From contig JBOGIG010000004.1 of NCBI GenBank assembly GCA_050742455.1, positions 9,508 to 73,507 of the forward strand: a stretch of DNA of 64,000 nt, written 5' to 3'. The position numbers and the translations under genes are program-made. Positions 1 through 8,920 of the stretch are shown in pieces. Position 1 is the stretch's first letter. Every line of letters starts with the position of its first letter. The DNA comes from Acidimicrobiales bacterium. GTDB lineage: Bacteria; Actinomycetota; Acidimicrobiia; Acidimicrobiales; JBOGIG01. The notes under the pieces were generated by a model. The model was not told the origin of the DNA. It saw nothing but the letters and a program-made list of their open reading frames with translations, and did not search any database.

Positions 1-2
1 CA

Positions 3-281
3 GTGGCCCACGCCGATCTGCCCATGGCTCGGGATTTGACAGGCCTGGGAGCGTGGCCCGGAGTGAGCCTGGTACCGGATCGCCGCAGGGACGGGACCAA
101 CGTGTTGTCGGTTCCATGCGGGGTGGGGTTCGTCTTCAGCTACGGGCCGGGGTCTTTTGAGCGCCACTTGGGCCTGGCTCGGCGCCTGGGTTTGGCCACC
201 CGGGTGGTGGACCAGCCTCAACTTTCTTGGGACGTCGACGTGCCGTCCGATCTGGAGGGGTTGCCCCGCTTGTATCAATGA
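3..281 (+). CDS. C-terminal fragment of a CofC/FbiD-like 2-phospho-L-lactate guanylyltransferase (5' end outside window)
   Basis: The ORF is open to the window edge. The tail ...GPGSFERHL...WDVDVPSDLEGL resembles the C-terminal GSFxxH / D(V/I)D(T/V)PxDL signature of CofC/FbiD. This is from recall only. Confidence 0.4.
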   Translation: MAHADLPMARDLTGLGAWPGVSLVPDRRRDGTNVLSVPCGVGFVFSYGPGSFERHLGLARRLGLATRVVDQPQLSWDVDVPSDLEGLPRLYQ

Positions 282-297
282 AGCGTGGCGAGGACCT

Positions 298-834
298 CTA
301 ACGCCGCTTGGCTGTTGACTTCTTGGTTGCCTTGCGGGCAGCGGTGACCTTCTTGACCGGGGCCTTCTTGGCCGTGGACTTACGAGCCGGAGCCTTCTTG
401 GCCATGGACTTGCGAGCCGGAGCCTTCTTGGCCATGGACTTGCGAGCCACTGCCTTCTTGGCCACTGTCTTCTTGGCCACTGTCTTCTTGGCCACTGCCT
501 TCTTGGCCACTGCCTTCTTGGCCACGGTCTTCTTGGCTGTCACTTTGGTTGTCCCCCCTCGGGAGTTAAGAACGGACTTGAATCCCGCTCCGGCGGCAAA
601 GCGCACCCCCCTGGAAGCGGCGATCTTGACTGGAGCCCCAGTTTGGGGGTTGCGCCCGGTCCGGGCCCCTCGAGCTGTGGGGTTGAAAGCCCCGAAGCCG
701 ATGAGCGAAACCTTGTTTCCTGCCTTGACCTCACTCATCACTGTCGCCACCAGAGCATCAAGGGCCTTCTCGGCCTGTTGCTTGCTCAGGTCGGCGCCTG
801 CACCAATGGCTGCCACCAACTCGGACTTGTTCAC
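298..834 (-). CDS. hupB: HU-family nucleoid protein with Lys/Ala-rich repeat tail (actinobacterial HupB/Hlp type)
   Basis: The N-terminal ~90 aa (MNKSELVAAI...GFGAF...RTGRNPQTG) form a canonical HU fold. The C-terminal tail consists of KKAVAKK / KSMAKKAPAR repeats. A GTG start at 834 follows AGGAGG (841-846) with a 6-nt spacer. Confidence 0.93.
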   Translation of the reverse strand: MNKSELVAAIGAGADLSKQQAEKALDALVATVMSEVKAGNKVSLIGFGAFNPTARGARTGRNPQTGAPVKIAASRGVRFAAGAGFKSVLNSRGGTTKVTAKKTVAKKAVAKKAVAKKTVAKKTVAKKAVARKSMAKKAPARKSMAKKAPARKSTAKKAPVKKVTAARKATKKSTAKRR

Positions 835-1075
835 CCGCCACCTCCTGGCGTGTAGGGAAGTTCAAGTAATCAAAGACTTTTTCAGCGTCCAGGTCAAGCA
901 TTTCCCCGAAAGCAAAGGGCCGGCATGCTCTGTCTCTAGATCCGAATGGACGGAAAACCCAATGTTTGCAAGGCTTTGTGATCATGTCTTGCCATTGCCG
1001 CCAATTGTCTGCGAATTGCCTCCCGACCCACGGAGACCATCTGACGCACTCCGATGTTGCGCGACGAACGACCCG

Positions 1076-2053
1076 ATGAGCGAGATCGGCGTGGCCATGG
1101 GCCAACGGTCAGGGGACCTGTTTGGCGAGCTGCAAGCATCGGGACGCATCGCCCAATCATTCCGAGCGGTGTTGCTGAACCGGGATGGCAACATCGTCGA
1201 GGGTGACCCGGTGGGGACTCAGGTCCTGTGGCGAGGAAGTCGCTCTGCCGACTGGGTGAAAGCAAGTGCAGCCAATTTGCCGGACCTGGCCTGGGTGCAC
1301 TCCGATGCCGTCGGAGTCGAAACCCTTCCCGTCCAGGACTTGTCCCGAGCGGGGATCGTGGTTACCAATGGTGCGGGCAATTTCTCCCGGCCCATGGCCG
1401 AGTGGGTCATGCTTGGGATACTGGCTGCGGCCAAGGACGTGGCGCGATTCGTTCGCCATTCCGACGAGGGCGTCTGGGAACCCGGCCCCCAGTTGGGCGA
1501 GCTTGATTCGGCCGTCGTCCTCATCCTGGGCCTGGGTTCTGTGGGGTCCCTGGTGGCCCAGATGGCCCAGCCCTTTGGCCTCGAGGTGAGAGCTTGCGTG
1601 CGGCAGGCTCGTCCCTCGGCCCCTTCCGGAGTGTCCAAGTTGATAGTCGGTGATGCCTGGAAGGCGGAACTGCAAAGCGCCGACTACGTGGTGATCACCC
1701 TCCCTTTGACCGAGCAGACCCGGTCCAGCATTGGTAAGGAGGCGCTTGGCGCCATGAAGCCCGGTGCGTGGATCATCAACGTAGCTCGGGGCGCCATCAT
1801 CGACGAAGACGCCCTCATCGCTTCCTTGGACTCGGGCCATCTGGGCGGAGCGGTGCTCGACACCTTCGCCACCGAGCCGCTCCCCCAGGGCCACCCCCTG
1901 TGGGGCCGTCCCAACGTATTGGTCCTTCCCCACCACACCTGGTCGTCACGCCGGGCCGGGGAACGGGCCATCGAGCTGTTCGCCTCCCAGCTCGACCGCT
2001 GGGCCCGCGACGATCCGCTGGAGAACCAGGTCGATGCCGGAGCCGGCTACTGA
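1076..2053 (+). CDS. D-isomer-specific 2-hydroxyacid dehydrogenase family, NAD-binding
   Basis: It has a Rossmann motif (ILGLGSVGSLVA) and VNVARG...D and PHxxW-type C-terminal motifs. The start is taken at the in-frame ATG at 1076 (alternative 1097). The upstream part of track ORF 308..2053 is antisense to hupB. Confidence 0.8.
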   Translation: MSEIGVAMGQRSGDLFGELQASGRIAQSFRAVLLNRDGNIVEGDPVGTQVLWRGSRSADWVKASAANLPDLAWVHSDAVGVETLPVQDLSRAGIVVTNGAGNFSRPMAEWVMLGILAAAKDVARFVRHSDEGVWEPGPQLGELDSAVVLILGLGSVGSLVAQMAQPFGLEVRACVRQARPSAPSGVSKLIVGDAWKAELQSADYVVITLPLTEQTRSSIGKEALGAMKPGAWIINVARGAIIDEDALIASLDSGHLGGAVLDTFATEPLPQGHPLWGRPNVLVLPHHTWSSRRAGERAIELFASQLDRWARDDPLENQVDAGAGY

Positions 2054-2145
2054 GCAGGCATGAGCGCGAAGGCCGGAGAGAACTTCGCCGTGAGTTTTAT
2101 GGCGCCTGGTTAGTCAGGGTAAGTCGCCCATGGTGAACTGTTCCC

Positions 2146-3294
2146 GTGCGCGTGGTCATCGTGGGTGCCGGGATCTCCGGACTGGCCTTGGCGCTTGGCC
2201 TCCAGCACCGAGGTCACGACGTCACAGTGATCGAGGAAGCGGACGGACTGCGAACGGGCGGCGCCGCCCTGGCCCTTTGGTACAACGGCCGGGCCGCCCT
2301 GGCCAATCTCGGCTGCGACCTGAACTCAGTGGGCTGTACCATAGAGCTGCTCGATATTAGAAGCTCCAACGGACGACTGGCCTGTCGTATCGATGCGGCC
2401 CGCCTGTCTCGGCGGTTCGGCTTCGAACCGCTCACCATCGGTCGCGGGGAGCTGATCGAAGAACTGGCATCGCACTTGGGGTCCGGCACCGTGTTGTTCG
2501 GAGCCCCCTGTAGGGGGGTCGACCAGCCGGGCTCGTCGGCCCGCGTATTCTTGGACGGCGGGTCCTATCTCGACGCCGATCTCGTCGTGGGGGCGGACGG
2601 CCACCGTTCCGTGATGCGCCGTTTGTTCGCCTCCCCTGTTCCGGCGACGCCGACGGGGTGGAGCGCTCTTCAGGGTCTCACCCGTGCTCCATTGCCCCTG
2701 GCCGAGGGCACGACGTCGACCTTCGTGGCCGGTCGAGGCGGGGCAGTGGGCCTAATGCCGGCAGGCCAGGGCCTCCTGCAGTGGTGGTTTGACGTGCGAT
2801 GGCCACCCGAACCTAGGCCCACTTCCACCCTCGAGTGGCTGCGTGAACGTTTTCGCCGCTGGGCGCCTCCAGTACGCGACCTGCTGGAAGTGATCAACGA
2901 CGACGAGATCGAGCCATTCCCCCACGTATGGCACCGGGTGCCGCCGAGGCTGCACTCTGGGCGGGTGGCGCTCATAGGAGACGCGGTACACGCCATGCCC
3001 CCGGTCCTGGCCCAGGGAGCAAACCAGTCAATTGAGGACGCCTGGATACTGGTCCGCGAGCTGGGCACGGCGGGTTCGCTCAATGCCGCGCTGGTGGCCT
3101 ATCAGCGGGAGCGAAGAGGCAAAGTGGCCGCCGCATCCCGAGGAGCGCGGGCGCCGATGCTGCCGCTCTACGCTGCCTTCACAATGGGCACGCCGCGCAT
3201 GCCGCCGTGGCCCAGCCGAATTGGGACCTGGGCCTGGGGCGCCCTGATCCGCTCGAGTAGCAGCACGCTGCCCGTCACCAGGTCCAGCCAATGA
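2146..3294 (+). CDS. FAD-dependent aromatic-ring monooxygenase (UbiH/salicylate hydroxylase-like)
   Basis: It has an N-terminal VVIVGAGISGLALA dinucleotide-binding motif, GADG, and a GRVALIGDAVHAMPPVLAQGANQSIEDA FAD-contact motif. The start codon is GTG. Confidence 0.85.
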   Translation: MRVVIVGAGISGLALALGLQHRGHDVTVIEEADGLRTGGAALALWYNGRAALANLGCDLNSVGCTIELLDIRSSNGRLACRIDAARLSRRFGFEPLTIGRGELIEELASHLGSGTVLFGAPCRGVDQPGSSARVFLDGGSYLDADLVVGADGHRSVMRRLFASPVPATPTGWSALQGLTRAPLPLAEGTTSTFVAGRGGAVGLMPAGQGLLQWWFDVRWPPEPRPTSTLEWLRERFRRWAPPVRDLLEVINDDEIEPFPHVWHRVPPRLHSGRVALIGDAVHAMPPVLAQGANQSIEDAWILVRELGTAGSLNAALVAYQRERRGKVAAASRGARAPMLPLYAAFTMGTPRMPPWPSRIGTWAWGALIRSSSSTLPVTRSSQ

Positions 3295-3362
3295 CACAAG
3301 ACCGATCGCCTAAAAATCCTCACAAGATCCAGAGACCGGAGCGTCAAGAGGATCTAGGCGGG

Positions 3363-4910
3363 CTAGTTGATCTGGCGGTCCATGTGCTCCCAGTACGGTT
3401 GGCGCAGCTTGAACTTCTGCAATTTACCGGTCGCGGTTCGGGCCAGTGAGTCTCTGATTTCCACCGAGGTGGGGCACTTGTAGTGAGCCATTCGGCTCCG
3501 GCAGAATTCGATCAGGTCGCCCTCTTCTACCGTCTGGTCCGCCCGGGGCACGACCAGGGCCTTGATCGTCTCGCCCCACTTTGCGTCGGGCACCCCGATA
3601 ACGGCCACCTCGGCCACCGAGGGGAACTGATATATGCAGTCCTCCACCTCGATGGACGATACGTTCTCGCCTCCGGAAATGATGACGTCCTTCTTTCGGT
3701 CCGCTATGACCAGGTACGAACCGTCCATGTACCCACCGTCGCCGGTATGGAACCAGCCGTCGGCCAGAGTCGAGGCTGTTTCGTCGGGCTGGAGCCAGTA
3801 GCCGGCGAAAACGTGGTTGGACCGGGCCAACACTTCTCCGTCTTCGTCGGTGCGAACTTTTACGCCAATGGCCGGGGTGCCTGCTCGAGACAGTCTCCGG
3901 GATCGCTCGGAGGGGTCCAAGTCGGCCCATTCCCTCGGAGCCCGATTGATGGTGAGTAGCGGGGATGTCTCGGTGAGACCGTATATCTGAATGAACTCCC
4001 ATCCCAACGTGGTCTCGACCGCTTCGATGACCCTGGACGGCGGCGGGGCGCCAGCCACAACGATGCGAACCCGACCAGAGCCGGGAACGGACCGGCCCTG
4101 CTCTTGCCTGGTCCCGGCAGCGTCGAGGATGGCTGACACCACTGACGGAGATCCGCACATCAAAGTCACCCCTTCGGCCTCGATGCGATCGAGGATCACG
4201 TCACCTTCGACCTTGCGCTGGATGACGTGGGCCACACCCATGCCGGTGGCGGCATAGGGCATACCCCATCCGTTGCAATGGAACATGGGCAGGGTGTGCA
4301 TGAGCACATCTGAGTCGGACACTGTGGTGTGCCAGCCGAACACGGTGGCGTTGAGCCAGCAGTTTCGGTGGGAGAGCTCAACTCCCTTGGGACGGGCCGT
4401 CGTGCCCGAGGTGTAGTTGATCGATGCCGTGACCGTCTCGTCGAGAGGCCAGGGTGATGGTCCGTCGTCGTCGGCCATCTCGGCGAACAGATCGGCGTCA
4501 TCGACTCCATCCAGGATGATCCGGTGTTTGGCCTTGACCCCAGACAGGATGTCATCGAACTCGGGGTCGATGAGGACAACACTGCTGCCCGAGTGCTCGA
4601 TGATGTAGCCGACCTCCTCCGCATTCAGCCGGTAGTTGACTGGCACCAAGATCCGCCCGAAGGCGCTTACACCGAAATAGGAAATGAGGAACCGGCCCGA
4701 GTTGGGGCTGACGATGGCGACCCGTTCCCCGATGCCGACTCCCATGTCCTGGAGGGCTCGGGCCATTCCCCGAGCCCGGGAGCAGACCTGGGCGTAGGTG
4801 AGACGCCCCAACGAGCCGGGCACACCAGGCTCGTCGACCAGGGCGAGTCGGTCGGCGAAGACCATCCCCGCCCGGTCCAAGAAGTCGCCGATTGTCAGAG
4901 GAACCTGCAT
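3363..4910 (-). CDS. AMP-dependent acyl-CoA synthetase/ligase
   Basis: It has the AMP-binding signature YTSGTTARPKGV, YGLTE, and the C-terminal GWFHTGD...DRKKD and TATGKLQK motifs. Confidence 0.92.
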   Translation of the reverse strand: MQVPLTIGDFLDRAGMVFADRLALVDEPGVPGSLGRLTYAQVCSRARGMARALQDMGVGIGERVAIVSPNSGRFLISYFGVSAFGRILVPVNYRLNAEEVGYIIEHSGSSVVLIDPEFDDILSGVKAKHRIILDGVDDADLFAEMADDDGPSPWPLDETVTASINYTSGTTARPKGVELSHRNCWLNATVFGWHTTVSDSDVLMHTLPMFHCNGWGMPYAATGMGVAHVIQRKVEGDVILDRIEAEGVTLMCGSPSVVSAILDAAGTRQEQGRSVPGSGRVRIVVAGAPPPSRVIEAVETTLGWEFIQIYGLTETSPLLTINRAPREWADLDPSERSRRLSRAGTPAIGVKVRTDEDGEVLARSNHVFAGYWLQPDETASTLADGWFHTGDGGYMDGSYLVIADRKKDVIISGGENVSSIEVEDCIYQFPSVAEVAVIGVPDAKWGETIKALVVPRADQTVEEGDLIEFCRSRMAHYKCPTSVEIRDSLARTATGKLQKFKLRQPYWEHMDRQIN

Positions 4911-4980
4911 GATTGGTCTCCTTACCCGAAATACGCCTCTGCCTCTTTCTTAGCCCGTCGCGCTGTGCCACGGTGGGTCG

Positions 4981-6594
4981 GTGACGCTTACGAACCTTCC
5001 ACTGGACTCGCTGGCCGAGGTTCGGGCCCTTTCCAACACCCACCGACATGGACTGTACGTGGGCCCGGGACACTGGTCGGCGCCGGAGACGGCGATGCTG
5101 GTGGTTGGTCCCCCCCGATCGGGCAAGACCTCAAGCCTGGTGATTCCCAACATCGTCTCGGCCAACGGGCCGGTGGTCTCCACCTCGACAAAATCCGACG
5201 TTATGGCCATTACTGCGACCGCCCGCAGTGTCGTTGGACGGTGCCGGTTGTTCGATCCGGGAGGCAAAACCACACCGGCGCCGGGCGTGGAGACCATGGC
5301 CTGGTCGCCGGTGGACGGCTGTGATCGATGGGACCGCGCCTTGGCCATGGCCCGAGCCATGGTGGGGGCGGCCCGGCCGGCAGTCGGACTGAGCGACGCC
5401 GAACATTGGAAGGAGAGAGCCCAAGCCATCATGGCTGCCCTCCTTCATGCCGCGGCGTTGGATTCGTGGTCCATGATCGATCTCGTCGGGTGGGTCAACC
5501 GCCGCCAGGCCGAGACGGCCCAGGCCGTCCTGGTCGCTCATCGTCACCAGCACGGGGCGCAGTTGGCCCATGACCTGTTGACCGGGATCGTGTCGGGGGA
5601 ACCCAGGGAGCTCAGCGGAATCTGGTCCACGGCATCGGGGGTCCTGGCTGCCTACCGCTTCGAATCGGTCCTGGCAGCCACCCTGACCGACGGTGGCTAC
5701 CGGGACACCCGGGACCGCGGAGTCGGCGGGAACAAGGCCAGCGGACGGGGAGTCCGCTCGAGCTTTTGTGCCGATGAATTCGTCAGGTCAGGCGGAACGA
5801 TCTACATCTGCGCCGACGCGCAAACCCAGGCCGTGACCGCTCCCTTGGTGGCGGGACTGTTGGAACAGGTGCGCCACGCCGCCTACCTGCGATGGGCTGA
5901 GGAGGTTGGCCCGGCCGGTGGAGGTGGGTCTCGTGCCAGGGCGAACCCGGCCCCGGTCCTGCTCGCCCTGGACGAGGTGGCCAACATCGCCCCTCTTGCC
6001 GATCTGCCGGCCATGGTCAGTGAAGGTGGGAGCCAGGGCCTGTCGACCCTGGCCTGCCTACAGGACCTGTCCCAAGCGAGGGTCCGCTGGGGTCAAGCAG
6101 CCGACGGCTTCTTTTCCCTGTTCGGCGCCAAAGTGGTGCTGCCCGGGGTCGGCGACGTTCGTACCCTGGAGGCTCTTTCCAGGCTGGTCGGAGACGAGAA
6201 CGTGACAATTCGTTCCCGTTCGCTGAGCTCCGGGCCGCGGTGGCCCGGCCGGCTGGCCACTCGCCTGATGGGACAATACCCGGAGCGGCCCAGGGACTCT
6301 GTCACCTATTCCTCCCGGCGCCAGCCTCGATTACCACCTGATGTCGTGGCCCGGGGACGTCCCGGATCAGCCCTGGTCCTCGAAGGGCCCGGACTGGCCT
6401 CCTGGGTGACGCTGAGCCCTTGGTACGGCCATGAACCTTGGCTGAGCCTGGCCGGGCCGGAGAGCAACCAGAGGGGTCGAGACCGGACCCCTCACCATGG
6501 CCATGATCGGGACTCGGGGATCCCGGCGGCTCGCGGAATCAGCGGGACAGCGACAGGCCCAGCGTCTCCCCCCGACCGAGGTCTCGGCCTCTGA
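4981..6594 (+). CDS. Type IV coupling protein-like ATPase (VirD4/TraG/TraD family), no N-terminal TM helices seen
   Basis: It has Walker A GPPRSGKTSS and a Walker B-like VLLALDEVANI followed by MVSEGGSQGLSTLACLQDLSQ, the TraG/TraD C-terminal pattern. The 3' end overlaps the relaxase 3' end by 56 bp. Confidence 0.75.
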   Translation: MTLTNLPLDSLAEVRALSNTHRHGLYVGPGHWSAPETAMLVVGPPRSGKTSSLVIPNIVSANGPVVSTSTKSDVMAITATARSVVGRCRLFDPGGKTTPAPGVETMAWSPVDGCDRWDRALAMARAMVGAARPAVGLSDAEHWKERAQAIMAALLHAAALDSWSMIDLVGWVNRRQAETAQAVLVAHRHQHGAQLAHDLLTGIVSGEPRELSGIWSTASGVLAAYRFESVLAATLTDGGYRDTRDRGVGGNKASGRGVRSSFCADEFVRSGGTIYICADAQTQAVTAPLVAGLLEQVRHAAYLRWAEEVGPAGGGGSRARANPAPVLLALDEVANIAPLADLPAMVSEGGSQGLSTLACLQDLSQARVRWGQAADGFFSLFGAKVVLPGVGDVRTLEALSRLVGDENVTIRSRSLSSGPRWPGRLATRLMGQYPERPRDSVTYSSRRQPRLPPDVVARGRPGSALVLEGPGLASWVTLSPWYGHEPWLSLAGPESNQRGRDRTPHHGHDRDSGIPAARGISGTATGPASPPDRGLGL

Positions 6595-8884
6595 TCGACC
6601 CCGGGAGTGGTTCAGGACCATGGCGTACCCCCTCCAATCCTCGGAGACCCAGGCGATCTCCGACAGATCGGCCCTCGACGGCGAAATATTCCCACCGGGA
6701 TCGGGACTGGCGCCCGGGCGAGCAGAGGGCCGGGCTACCCAGGAACAACACCGTGGCGTTGGTCTGGTCCCGCACCTGCCAGCCCAAGGCCACGAGGTGG
6801 GGTCGCCCGGAGATCTCCTGGGCCAAGTGCCCGAGGATCAAGGCCTCGCGTCGGGTTCCGGCAGCCATGACCACCTGCTCGCCTGCCCTGGACCTGGCCC
6901 ACCAGTCACTAACCAGGCGTTCTCGCAGGCCTTGGGGCGATCGGAGGGCCATCCATCCGGCGGGCTCGTCCAGGCTGAGGTGCGGCCCCGGGCGGCGCGC
7001 CAGCGTGGCCAGGGAGGTTCCGCGCCCGGTGTAGGACAACCCCCCGGACCCGCCGACCAACAGCACACGGGCCGACTGGGTCTCCGCCCTTTCGATGAGA
7101 ATGGCCATGTCGGCAAGGCGGAGTCCCTCGGGCCGGACGACGACCAGAACCCCAGGCCGAGCATGGTCTCCCGGCCGAACATGGTCTCCCGGCCGAGCAT
7201 GGTCTCCCGGAAGGCGGCGATCACCTCCCATCGCACGCCCCAGACCCGAAGCGGAGACCACGTCATCGATTCCCACGCAGGTCATCCCGGTCAGAGCATT
7301 TATCTGTTGGGTCTCGGACATGGTGGCGGCAACAGCCACCACGGTGGCGCCCTTTTCCTCCCACAGCCGCCGGACACCATCGAGGGCGTCCAGTGCGCCC
7401 GACTGAACCCGACCCTCAACAATCTCTACAGGCCTGGGGCTGGACACCAATCGACTGGCGGCTTCGAGCTGGCCCGGGGCCAGGGCAAGTCGCCGAGCCA
7501 GGGTGGCAGCCGAGAAGGATTCGTCCACTTCCCGAACGGCTCTTTGGTTCATGCGTTCGACCCGGTCCAGCATGGCCCGTTCAGTGGCCACCATCCCCGG
7601 CGTGGTCCAGCGCGCCACCGTGCCGCCCCCGGGCATCCACCCACCCCCTTGGCGCTTCCAAAGGCCCCAGCCCACGGATGTGGCGACGTCAGAGGTGGCC
7701 GTGACCGACCCCACTCCTAGCACCAGTGAACCGGCCAGGGTTTGGGCAGTCAGTTCCCGGATGGTGCTCACCGGTGCGCCCGACTCCATTACGGCGCACC
7801 AGCCCCTCAGAACGTCGCGCTGAGAAAAAGTCGCCGATCGGCCGGTGAGGTGGCTCGGCCCGAGCAACCGCCGGGCCATGGCGGCCAGGGCCCCATGGTC
7901 CAAGGACCGGCCAGCGCCCTCCTGGCTCCACCTGGCCAGGGCGCTCGCCTCGGCCCATGTCGAGCCCCTTGCCATCGGAGCCAACACACCTTGCCAATCC
8001 TTGCGGGAAAAGCCGATTTCCTCGGCCTGGCGACGCCATCGAAGGACGAGGTCCTCCACCTTGACCGAGTAGTCCTTGGCCGGGCGAGTGGCCAGAGCGG
8101 CGATTCTCCGGGCCCGGGGAGTGGATCTCGCTTCGTCGACCAGCCACGCTTCGACCTCTTGGCGCCGGCTGGAAAAATGACGGATCACCTGCGAGGTAAC
8201 GCCATTGACTTGGGCAACCCCTGCCCGCACCGGTCCCCAGGACAAGCCCAATCGGGTGGTCAACTCGAAGCGCAATTGGGCCTGGTACAGGTGCCCGGCT
8301 GTGTGGGCGTGGCCATACAGGGCTCGGGCATCGAGGGCAGAAAATCGTCCGTCTATCCCCCGTACCAGGTTGGCCACCACCACGTGGGTGTGCAGGTGTG
8401 GATCCAGGCGCCGACTGGTGCGATGGGGAAACGACGCGCCAATGAATCCGCTGGTGGAGATCTGGCATCTGTTGGGCCCGCTACCCCGTCGGGCCAGGGC
8501 CGCCTCGGATTCCAGGTAACCCATGGCCGCACTCACCGAGGCGTCGTGAGCGGCCTGGATCGGCTGCCGAGTCCGATCGTCGCCCACACCCCACAGGATC
8601 GAAACCGACTTGGGGGCGGAGAAGGTCGCATCGAAGGCAGCAATTCGGACCGGAGCCCCCCTGCTTCTAAGCGTTTGGCCCGTCTGGGGGTTCACGCCGG
8701 CCAGTACGGCGCTCAGGTCGCTTCCCTGGACCACCCCGGACAGAACCATGGCCCGGGCCCCACCACCCAACCAGCGCCCCGGGGCTTCGTCCCCGTGTGC
8801 CCGATGGTCGTCGCCACCGCCGGCCACAGCCCGCAGGTAGTAGTCCTCTCGCCCGCAAGCCAGCTTGGCCAGGCTCATGCCCAT
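6539..8884 (-). CDS. MobF-family (TrwC/TraI-like) conjugative relaxase with degenerate C-terminal NTPase region
   Basis: It has an N-terminal MSLAKL...EDYYL tyrosine motif and the HRTSRRLDPHLHTHVVVAN histidine triad. No GxxxxGK[ST] occurs anywhere in the 781 aa, and the Walker B position reads VLVVVRPEG. Confidence 0.85.
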   Translation of the reverse strand: MGMSLAKLACGREDYYLRAVAGGGDDHRAHGDEAPGRWLGGGARAMVLSGVVQGSDLSAVLAGVNPQTGQTLRSRGAPVRIAAFDATFSAPKSVSILWGVGDDRTRQPIQAAHDASVSAAMGYLESEAALARRGSGPNRCQISTSGFIGASFPHRTSRRLDPHLHTHVVVANLVRGIDGRFSALDARALYGHAHTAGHLYQAQLRFELTTRLGLSWGPVRAGVAQVNGVTSQVIRHFSSRRQEVEAWLVDEARSTPRARRIAALATRPAKDYSVKVEDLVLRWRRQAEEIGFSRKDWQGVLAPMARGSTWAEASALARWSQEGAGRSLDHGALAAMARRLLGPSHLTGRSATFSQRDVLRGWCAVMESGAPVSTIRELTAQTLAGSLVLGVGSVTATSDVATSVGWGLWKRQGGGWMPGGGTVARWTTPGMVATERAMLDRVERMNQRAVREVDESFSAATLARRLALAPGQLEAASRLVSSPRPVEIVEGRVQSGALDALDGVRRLWEEKGATVVAVAATMSETQQINALTGMTCVGIDDVVSASGLGRAMGGDRRLPGDHARPGDHVRPGDHARPGVLVVVRPEGLRLADMAILIERAETQSARVLLVGGSGGLSYTGRGTSLATLARRPGPHLSLDEPAGWMALRSPQGLRERLVSDWWARSRAGEQVVMAAGTRREALILGHLAQEISGRPHLVALGWQVRDQTNATVLFLGSPALCSPGRQSRSRWEYFAVEGRSVGDRLGLRGLEGVRHGPEPLPGSIRGRDLGRGETLGLSLSR
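7155..7208. repeat. 3 x 18-bp tandem repeat (ggccgaRcatggtctccc), in frame in the relaxase
   Basis: Read directly from the sequence. It encodes PGDHARPGDHVRPGDHARPG on the minus strand. Confidence 0.95.
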
Positions 8885-8920
8885 CGAGCCACACTAAGGA
8901 CAGCAAAATACTACGTCAAT

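Larger units (their letters stand above)
4981..8884. mobile_element. Orphan mobilization (relaxase + coupling protein) module, possibly a decayed integrative mobilizable element
   Basis: Two conjugation-family genes are flanked by metabolic and regulatory genes. No integrase, VirB4 or att repeats were recognised in the window. Confidence 0.45.

Noticed and set aside
360-540. Dense tandem repetition in DNA (ccttcttggcc units) that could be mistaken for a satellite or CRISPR-like array
   Set aside because: It lies entirely within hupB and encodes the expected Lys/Ala-rich tail. There are no spacers.
308-1075. The 5' two-thirds of the 581-aa track ORF 308..2053, with striking FLATVFLAT/AFLAMDLRAG repeats
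   Set aside because: It is the antisense reading of the HupB Lys/Ala-rich tail and HU fold. The repeats are a mirror image of the KKAVAKK repeats. Only the part from 1076 onward has dehydrogenase motifs.
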